Program-made: the position numbers and the translations under genes
Shown here: one piece after another, positions 51,869-58,958 of the stretch
Layout of the letters: each line of letters starts with the position of its first letter
Numbering within the stretch: the first letter of the stretch is position 1
Origin: an uncultured Caulobacterales bacterium
GTDB taxonomy: Bacteria > Pseudomonadota > Alphaproteobacteria > Caulobacterales > Parvularculaceae
Assembly: GCA_964535605.1 (NCBI GenBank)
Contig: CAZHUI010000008.1
Span: 312-64,311 of the forward strand
Reading direction: 5' to 3'
Length of the DNA: 64,000 nucleotides
The notes under the pieces: model-generated
Seen by the model: only the letters and a program-made list of their open reading frames with translations
The model's database searches: none
What the model was told of the DNA's origin: nothing

Positions 51869-52612
51869 ATGAGCCATGCCCCCGATCGGCTGGAGAGCTC
51901 CGGCGTTCTCGAGGCAATCGCGGCGATCGACGCCGGCGCGTCGTCGCAGGCCGTGTTCGACCGTTTCGCTGACTTTGTCGGCGTTTTCGGCTTCACGACG
52001 GTAGCGCTCGGTCATCTCGCCAATCCCGCGATGAAATCCGACCGGGCGAAAGACTGGTTCACGATAGGCAATTGGCCAGCCGACTGGCGGCGCGAATGGC
52101 TCGACCAAAGGTTAATCTTCCACGACCCGATCGCGCGCATGGCGCTGCGGACCCGCAAGACCTTCACCTGGAGCGCCGCCTATGAACAGGCGTCGCGTTT
52201 CGAGCGCGCCGTCCTCGATCTGAGCGCGGATTTCGGTTTCCGCGACGGCCTCGCCATTCCGTTATATACGGAGGACGGACCGCCCGGTTGCGTCTCCATT
52301 GGCGCTGCGTCTGTCGATGTCTCGCCGCGGGAAAGAGCTGCGATCGAACTCGTCGCCATTCACGCATATGCGTGTCTGGAGAAACTCCACGGCCCGTTCG
52401 CCTATCGTCCTGTGAAGAAACTTACCCCGCGCGAAGTCGATGTTCTGCATTTCGCAGCCGCCGGCAAGACAAACTGGGAAATCGGAACGATTCTGTCGAT
52501 CAGCGAGTTCTCCGTGCGCGATCATTTGTCATCCGCGCAGAGAAAGCTCAATTGCGTCAATCGCGCGCATGTCATCGCGACAGCGATGCAGCGCTGCCTG
52601 ATTTTTCCGTAG
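51869..52612 (+). CDS. luxR: LuxR-family quorum-sensing regulator
   Basis: Autoinducer-binding domain (NWP.DW...W........DP, FTW, DG) plus LTPRE.....AAGKTNWEI..IL.IS HTH. Confidence 0.93.
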   Translation: MSHAPDRLESSGVLEAIAAIDAGASSQAVFDRFADFVGVFGFTTVALGHLANPAMKSDRAKDWFTIGNWPADWRREWLDQRLIFHDPIARMALRTRKTFTWSAAYEQASRFERAVLDLSADFGFRDGLAIPLYTEDGPPGCVSIGAASVDVSPRERAAIELVAIHAYACLEKLHGPFAYRPVKKLTPREVDVLHFAAAGKTNWEIGTILSISEFSVRDHLSSAQRKLNCVNRAHVIATAMQRCLIFP

Positions 52613-53623
52613 TCAAGCCGCCGCCAAGTCGTCATAGAGGCGGGAGAGCGCGGCGCCCGGGAACGGTCGAGGCCAGACGCGCGGATAATCGCGCGAGTAG
52701 AGCGGGGCTCCGTCGGCGGGCGGCGTTTCGACCCAGGGCTGCGCGATCGCGCCGGCCTTATCGCAATACCGGATATCGTCGCCGCAATATCGGAATGAAA
52801 CGGCGCGGCGCATCCTGCGCGCGGATTTGTTTCCCGAACTTCCGTGCACGGCGAAGACGTCATGGATGACGACGTCGCCGGGCGCCGCATCGACGCGAAC
52901 TATGTCATAGCGGCTGCGGTCGCCTTCGATGTCCGGCAAGCGAGCGGCTTGACTTGCAGCCGTCGGCGTCTGGCTGATCAGCAGGTTTGGCGCAAACTCC
53001 TGATTCCAGAGATGCGATCCGCGCACATATTCCAGCGCGCCGTTCTCCTCATCGACGGGATCAAGCGGGATCCAGACGATGCAGCATTTGCGGCCGCTGA
53101 TCTGGAAATAGGTGTAGTCCTGATGGAAGGCCGTTCGTTGAGTTGCGCCCGGCGTCTTCACAAAGGTCGTGTCTTCCCAGAAATTGACATAGTCGCTGGC
53201 AAGAAGCGACGCGGCGATCTCAGGGAGGCCTGAGTCCAGCGCAACGCGGCGGATTTCCGGAAATCGTCGCCAGCCGGCCGCGTCGTAAAAAAACCGGCCC
53301 TCGGGCGCGCCGGTTTGCGGCTCGTCCAGCAGCGGACGCGCGGCGGGATCGGCGTCGATAGCCGATTTGAGCCGGCTCATGTCAAAGCGAGAGGCGCCGC
53401 GGGCGTCGAGACTGCGGTCGCCGCCCCAGACCTGACGCGCAAGGTCCTGAAAGTCATAAGCCGACGTCGAGCGCCCGAAGGCGCCGAGTTGGCGATCGAC
53501 GGCGGCGCGCAGAAGATCGACCTCATCCGGCGAGAGGGCGCCGGAGATCTTGACGAAGCCGTCGCGCGCGTAAGCGTCAGCGAGCGCAGGATCGAGATCG
53601 GCGGCGGCAAAGACACTGGTCAC
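52613..53623 (-). CDS. Fe(II)/2-oxoglutarate dioxygenase, PhyH family
   Basis: RDGFV start, HQD...H facial triad (FHQDY, VHGS), WIPLD.V...NGAL..V.GSH, RRAVSFRY; GTG start overlaps the luxI TGA. Confidence 0.9.
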   Translation of the reverse strand: MTSVFAAADLDPALADAYARDGFVKISGALSPDEVDLLRAAVDRQLGAFGRSTSAYDFQDLARQVWGGDRSLDARGASRFDMSRLKSAIDADPAARPLLDEPQTGAPEGRFFYDAAGWRRFPEIRRVALDSGLPEIAASLLASDYVNFWEDTTFVKTPGATQRTAFHQDYTYFQISGRKCCIVWIPLDPVDEENGALEYVRGSHLWNQEFAPNLLISQTPTAASQAARLPDIEGDRSRYDIVRVDAAPGDVVIHDVFAVHGSSGNKSARRMRRAVSFRYCGDDIRYCDKAGAIAQPWVETPPADGAPLYSRDYPRVWPRPFPGAALSRLYDDLAAA

Positions 53624-54297
53624 GCCGCTCTCCGCGGCTCGGCGTCAAGCCAGCGCGGGTCGATCGCATCCCAGCGTTCGCGAATGACAAGGGCCGGCTC
53701 GCCGGGCGCCAGCGAAAAAGACGTTCGCAAGCGCGCAAGCCCTTCGGCCGTCATCTGTGAGATTGCGGCGACATAAGTCTGGTCGTCGTCCGGAAATTCC
53801 TGCGGCAAACCGAGAGGCGCAGTGTCCCACACTTGCACTGCGCGCTGATACATGGAGCGGTAGGAGAACCACGACAGGGCCCGGACGCCGGTGCGCAGAC
53901 AAAACTCATTAATGCCCGCCGAGAGGCGCCCGCGAATGCGGAACTGATCATCCTTGGACAGCGCCGCGTGATCGATCACATACCGCGAAAACTCGTAAAT
54001 TGAGGGATCGCGCGGCGGCGGCTGCAAATCGCAGAACTCGTGGAATACATCGGTCAGCATATGCGGGCCGGTCGTTGGATTAAGGCGCGCGGCGCCGACG
54101 AGGCGCTCGCCGGCGCCGGCGTAAGCAAGCACATAGATAGTGTGATCGGTATCGAAGGCGTCCTTGTCGTATCCGGGGACGACGCCGGGAATTTTCCATC
54201 CCCACTGCTCGACGGCGACGCGGTACCGCAGACGATACATGTCGTCGAGCGTGGCTCGACGCGCAGCGTGGTCGCCAGGGGTGATGATTTCGATCAT
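53620..54297 (-). CDS. luxI: LuxI-family acyl-homoserine-lactone synthase-like protein (atypical)
   Basis: YRLRYRV....WGW, D.FD, Y.L, GAARL.PT..P.ML..VF, YEFSRY motifs. Confidence 0.85.
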   Translation of the reverse strand: MIEIITPGDHAARRATLDDMYRLRYRVAVEQWGWKIPGVVPGYDKDAFDTDHTIYVLAYAGAGERLVGAARLNPTTGPHMLTDVFHEFCDLQPPPRDPSIYEFSRYVIDHAALSKDDQFRIRGRLSAGINEFCLRTGVRALSWFSYRSMYQRAVQVWDTAPLGLPQEFPDDDQTYVAAISQMTAEGLARLRTSFSLAPGEPALVIRERWDAIDPRWLDAEPRRAA

Positions 54298-54351
54298 GGC
54301 TATCTCCCGTAACTGCGGTGGAGTGTTCAGCGAAGGGCGCCTTAGACGCCA

Positions 54352-54369
54352 CCCCTACAGTCGTAGGGG
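54352..54369. promoter_or_regulatory. Perfect 18-bp palindrome, candidate lux-type box
   Basis: CCCCTAC-AGTC-GTAGGGG centred about 63 bp upstream of the luxI ATG. Confidence 0.6.
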
Positions 54370-54462
54370 GGCAAGCTTCGGGCGAACCAATTATGGACGG
54401 GCTTTGGTATTGAACTCGCGTTTTGCACGCCTTCGCTCGTCAACCAAAGAGGCCACGCCAGC

Positions 54463-54915
54463 ATGGAGATGACGCCGATCCTGTTTCTCATCGACGACGA
54501 CGCGGTCGATCAGGAAGTGTTCCGCCGCGCGCTCGCCGCCGAAGGCGTCGCTGTAGAGATCGCGGTGATCGGCGAAGGAAACGGCGCGGCGGCGAAGGTG
54601 AAGGAGCGGCTGGCGTCGACGAGCGCCGGCAGGCAGGCGCTGGTTGTTCTCGACCTCAACATGCCGGGCGTGAACGGCTTTGAAGTTCTGGCGGCGCTGA
54701 GGGCGGAGCCGGCGACACGGCTGACGCCGGTCGTCGTATTTTCGACGTCCACTGATCGGGAGGATGTCAGACGCGCCTACGGTCTCGGAGCGAATTCATA
54801 TGTCGCCAAGCCCAGCGAATTTCCTGCTTTCAAACGCGCAGTGCGCGTTATTACTGACTATTGGTTCGCTGTCGCGACCGGTGCGGCGCCGCAATGGCCG
54901 CGCCGGGCGAGCTAA
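54463..54915 (+). CDS. Single-domain response regulator (Rcp1-like)
   Basis: IDDD, LDLNMPG.NG, FSTS, NSYVAKP. Confidence 0.92.
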   Translation: MEMTPILFLIDDDAVDQEVFRRALAAEGVAVEIAVIGEGNGAAAKVKERLASTSAGRQALVVLDLNMPGVNGFEVLAALRAEPATRLTPVVVFSTSTDREDVRRAYGLGANSYVAKPSEFPAFKRAVRVITDYWFAVATGAAPQWPRRAS

Positions 54916-55018
54916 ACTCTCACCTCCTCATTTGGGGATAGCGGCCGGCGCGGGCTGTCTTATGATCGGCATGCTCACAATCGCACAATTCCCCGCGTGG
55001 ACGAGCATGCACCCAAGA

Positions 55019-55052
55019 GGCCGCGTCTTCCCCGGACGCGGCCTATTTTTTT
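55019..55052 (+). terminator. Rho-independent terminator
   Basis: GGCCGCGTC-TTCCCCG-GACGCGGCC followed by TATTTTTTT. Confidence 0.8.
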
Positions 55053-55164
55053 CCCGCGTGATCGGCGCGCGCCCTCCCCATCTGCGGATATCGGCGCCCA
55101 GTTCTTAGGCTAGGATTGTTTGGTTGCGATGCGCCGATGCGATCGTCGGCAACAGGAGGGGCGG

Positions 55165-55725
55165 ATGGACGGGGACGGCAATAAACGGAACTTCCGTCGG
55201 CGTCAGATCGACGTCGGCGTCAGGTTCATCACGAGCGCGGACATGGAAGCGTCGGGCCGCCTCGAGGATATTTCCGAAGGCGGCTTTCGTATGCGAACGG
55301 CCGCCGCGGCGGAAGTCGGCGATGAAATCATCGCTTATCCGGAAGGTCTCGGGCGCCTCACTGGCACCATCATACGCAAGGACGAAGGCGGCGTTGCCGT
55401 AGCCCTCGCCCTCTCCGACGCGCAACGCGATTATCTCGCCAAGCGCATCGAGTCGGCGCTGACGGGCGTTCCTTATCTCAAACTTTTCGAGAAGCGCACG
55501 CATCAACGCCTCGATCTCAATCTCGACTCTTCGGTCGCCGACGCGACGACTGGCGAAACTTTTGAATGCCGTATCGTAAACCTCTCCGCGACCGGGGCTC
55601 AAATTCAGTCGGATTATCGGCCGCCGCTTGGCGCCGAAGTCTGCATCGGGGAGATGCGCGGGCAAGTGGTGCGGGTCGGCAGCGACGGTTTCGGCCTGTC
55701 GTTTATTCGCTCAGCCGCCGCCTGA
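55165..55725 (+). CDS. Tandem PilZ-domain protein
   Basis: RxxxR-like/DxSxxG pairs twice (FRRRQ...DISEGG; KRTHQR...NLSATG); AGGAGG RBS. Confidence 0.85.
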   Translation: MDGDGNKRNFRRRQIDVGVRFITSADMEASGRLEDISEGGFRMRTAAAAEVGDEIIAYPEGLGRLTGTIIRKDEGGVAVALALSDAQRDYLAKRIESALTGVPYLKLFEKRTHQRLDLNLDSSVADATTGETFECRIVNLSATGAQIQSDYRPPLGAEVCIGEMRGQVVRVGSDGFGLSFIRSAAA

Positions 55726-56068
55726 CGCCTTGCGGCGAGGATTTGCGGCACAGCTTCACGCGCACCGCCCGTCGGCCAGGCCGCGGCGGCTCTACTGACG
55801 CCGGTCGCGCGCTTCTGACGTCGACTTTTTTGAGAGAGCGAGCGCGCGATGGCGCTCCTTTTTACCGCGTGATCGGCGCGGACCTTCCAGCGCTAATGCC
55901 TAGGCCCTCCATTCGCTTGCAACGCGGCTGACCTTTTGGCGTTCCCAGCGCGAAAGGCGGCGGCGCTGCCCCGGCGTGGCGCAGCTTTTGAGGCCACGCC
56001 GCGCCTTCGACACTAATCTGTCTACGGACGGGAATAGGGCGCGGTTCCGGCCTGGGGCGCCCGATTGA

Positions 56069-56353
56069 TCAGGCTGCCTGACCCTTGGGCGGCGCGAGCC
56101 GCGCGGGGTGAAGCGGCGTCAAGCGCGGCGCAGGCCTCGCCAGCTCCTGTTCGAGTTTCTCGACGAGGCGGCAGGCCATGGCGAGTCTCGATTGCGCGGC
56201 GACCAATTCGGCGGCGAGGCGATGATCGAAAGACCGCCGGCGCGGCCGGCGGCGTAAGGTCGCGGCGCGCGCTTCAGTCACTGCCCAGCCGATAAAGAGA
56301 CCGATGGCGAACATTCCGCTGAACTGGAATGTCGCATAATCCCACCAATACAT
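56069..56353 (-). CDS. Small single-TM protein with coiled-coil-like tail
   Basis: GGGAGGGG RBS; FSGMFAIGLFIGWAV TM segment, Arg-rich juxtamembrane stretch, heptad-like C-terminus. Confidence 0.55.
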   Translation of the reverse strand: MYWWDYATFQFSGMFAIGLFIGWAVTEARAATLRRRPRRRSFDHRLAAELVAAQSRLAMACRLVEKLEQELARPAPRLTPLHPARLAPPKGQAA

Positions 56354-56435
56354 TGCGCCCCTCCCTGGACTCTGCCGGATCTGGGTACCGCAGAGTTGTC
56401 GGGGCCGATACCCTCAAATGAAGGGCCTGTCGCGC

Positions 56436-58751
56436 TCAGGCGGCGGTCTGCGGCGCAGCGTTATCGGTCGATCGGGCGACCAGTAACGCGCGCGCTCCGC
56501 TCCAGGATCGCACCATGTCGTCGAGCGCTGCGTCCGCCGCCGTCCTGTCGCCGGGCCCGCGCTCGAGCCGCGCGGCGGCGTCGCGAAGTCTCGCAGCGCC
56601 CCAATCAGCGGCGAGGCTCTTGACTGCATGCGCTGCCGCTTTGGCTTCGGCGACGTCGCCGACTGTTAGCGCGGCGCGGGCGGCGGCAAGGAGACGGTCG
56701 ATGTCGATCATCGCGGCGCGCAAGCAGGTTTGCGTTTCAGCGGCGCCGATCAATGCGGCGATCGCGCGGAACGGGCCTTCCTCGAGGAACAACGCCGGCA
56801 TCCCCGGCGATACCGACTGCGCGCAGTCGGCGGTTGGCGGCAACGGGATTGTCGCGCCGACCGCGGCGCCAAGCGCGGCGTAAAGCGCCGCCGGCTTAAC
56901 CGGCTTCTCAACAAAAAATGCGATGCCCGCGTCCGAACAACGCTGGCGATCCGCCGCGGAAACAGCGGCCGTGTAGGCGATCATCGGCGTCGCCGCCGCA
57001 GAACCGGCGAGCGCGCGGATCTGCCTTGCAGCGCCGACGCCGTCGATTCCAGGCATTTGCAGATCAAGCAGGATCGCGTCAAAGCGGCGCGCACGAAGCC
57101 GTTCGAGCGCCGCTTCAGCGCTGCTGACGGTGTCGGCGATGATTCCGGCGCGGGCGAGCAATCGCTCGGCGAGATAGCGGTTGGCCTCCTGGTCGTCGAC
57201 AATAAGCACTTCGAGCACCGAGCCCAGGTCGCCCGGCGCGGCGATGATGGCAGGAACAGTAGCGGGCGCGGTGTCGGCGTAAAACCGGAATACGAATCGG
57301 CTACCGGCGCCGAGGACGCTGCTGGCGGTCAAAGCTCCGCCAAGCGTCGTCGCCAGTTTCGCGGAAATGGCGAGGCCAAGACCGGCGCCGCCGAACCGTG
57401 CTGGCGTTGCGACATCGGTCTGGGAGAATCGGCGAAACAGCTGCGCCAAGACATCAGAGGACATGCCGGCGCCGGTGTCTTCTACAGCGATGGTCACGTC
57501 CTGGGCGCCGCCCCCGGCCGCGCGCGCATCAAGCGCAACCGTGATCGTACCGCGCTCAGTAAATTTGATCGCGTTGCCGACGAGATTTAAGAGGATCTGG
57601 CGCACACGGGCGGCGTCGGTCGCAAGCGCGGCCGGAAAGCCGTCGGCGATAATGAGCCGCAGCGCAACCGGGCGCGCGAGCAACGACGGCCGCATTAAAT
57701 CGACGACCGACTGCGCAAGGCCTGCGAGGTCGCAAGAGCCGATCGACGGCTCGAGTTTCCCAGCGTCGAGTTTGGCCAGATCGACGAGGTCGTTGGCGAG
57801 CGTCAGCAACCCTTCGGCGGCGGTTTTAGCGATCACGATCTGGCGGCGCTGGTCGAGCGTCAGGCTTTGCGCGTCAAGAAGATCGAGCATGCCGAGAATA
57901 GCGGTGAGCGGCGTACGGATTTCGTGGCTGATGTCGGCGACGAATTCAGACTTGGCGGCGTCGGCGGCTTTCGCAGCGCGTTCGCTGTCGCGCAGGCGCG
58001 CAACAGCCTCATCGAGAGCGCGCACTTGGCGGTCACGATCGGCAAGCATTTTGTCCGTCGCGCAGGCGGCGGCGATTCCGGCGAGCAGGAGACAGGTGAC
58101 GACGAAGACGACGGATTGGAGCGAGGCGGAGGAAAGATCGGCGGCGAGTGGGCTGGCGGCCGGCGGGCTTTGCGCAAGGATAAGCAAGTTAAGCGCAGTC
58201 ACGAGACCGCCGGCAGCGGCGACGCCGGCGAACCGCCGCAAGGGCGGGAGATCTGGGCGGAAAGCAAGGACGGAGGCGACGAATATCGCAGCGAGAAGCG
58301 CGGCCCCGGGCCCAGCGGCCGCAAGATCGAAAAGGCGCCCCGGATCGAGATGAACGCTTCTGAGGCCGACATAATGCATCAAGAGGACATTGGCGCCCAG
58401 GACCGCGGCGCCGGCGAGCGTCGCGGCGCGATTCCGGCGGTACATGATTATCAGGAATGCAAAGGCGCAGGCCAGGTGGACGCATAAGGCGGCGATCACG
58501 GTGTCGGCCGCGCCGATCACGAGCGAGCGGTCGGCGTTGAGAGCCAGAGCGCTCAGATAGTAATTCGCCCAGAGGCCGTTGGCGGCGACGGCGGCGCCGG
58601 CGAGCGTCCACAGGGCGCGGCGCGGCCCGGTGTGCGAATCGGCGCGGGCGAGAATTGACGAAGACATGGCGCCCGACCAAACGCTGGTGGCGCCCGCAAG
58701 CAAGACAAGGCCCGCGCTGGCGTCGCCCTGCAGACCTATTTCCAGACCCAT
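56436..58751 (-). CDS. Hybrid sensor kinase: MHYT-like TM domain, HisKA, HATPase, REC, Hpt
   Basis: LMHYVG, ISHEIRTPL, NLVGNAIKF, DTGAG, GAGLGL, VDD...LDLQMP...KP, AHAVKS. Confidence 0.92.
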   Translation of the reverse strand: MGLEIGLQGDASAGLVLLAGATSVWSGAMSSSILARADSHTGPRRALWTLAGAAVAANGLWANYYLSALALNADRSLVIGAADTVIAALCVHLACAFAFLIIMYRRNRAATLAGAAVLGANVLLMHYVGLRSVHLDPGRLFDLAAAGPGAALLAAIFVASVLAFRPDLPPLRRFAGVAAAGGLVTALNLLILAQSPPAASPLAADLSSASLQSVVFVVTCLLLAGIAAACATDKMLADRDRQVRALDEAVARLRDSERAAKAADAAKSEFVADISHEIRTPLTAILGMLDLLDAQSLTLDQRRQIVIAKTAAEGLLTLANDLVDLAKLDAGKLEPSIGSCDLAGLAQSVVDLMRPSLLARPVALRLIIADGFPAALATDAARVRQILLNLVGNAIKFTERGTITVALDARAAGGGAQDVTIAVEDTGAGMSSDVLAQLFRRFSQTDVATPARFGGAGLGLAISAKLATTLGGALTASSVLGAGSRFVFRFYADTAPATVPAIIAAPGDLGSVLEVLIVDDQEANRYLAERLLARAGIIADTVSSAEAALERLRARRFDAILLDLQMPGIDGVGAARQIRALAGSAAATPMIAYTAAVSAADRQRCSDAGIAFFVEKPVKPAALYAALGAAVGATIPLPPTADCAQSVSPGMPALFLEEGPFRAIAALIGAAETQTCLRAAMIDIDRLLAAARAALTVGDVAEAKAAAHAVKSLAADWGAARLRDAAARLERGPGDRTAADAALDDMVRSWSGARALLVARSTDNAAPQTAA

Positions 58752-58958
58752 GTTCGCTGCCCCTCACCCGCCAGCGTTAGGGTTACCGCTGCTCGCCGAT
58801 GAAGGCTGCCCTCATATGAGGGGCCTCGCGTTTTCTCCTTCTGGCCGAGCGAGCGTTGCGCGCCGACGGCCTGTCGCAAACAAGGCGGGAGTTCGATGAA
58901 AATTAAGAATTAAATGTAGAGATTAAGCGCGGAGTTCGGCTGTCGGGGAGAACGGGCG

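Noticed and set aside
58903-58926. Three TTAA motifs between the divergent kinases (possible CtrA site)
   Set aside because: Spacings are 3 and 9 nt, not 7; this may simply be AT-rich promoter DNA.
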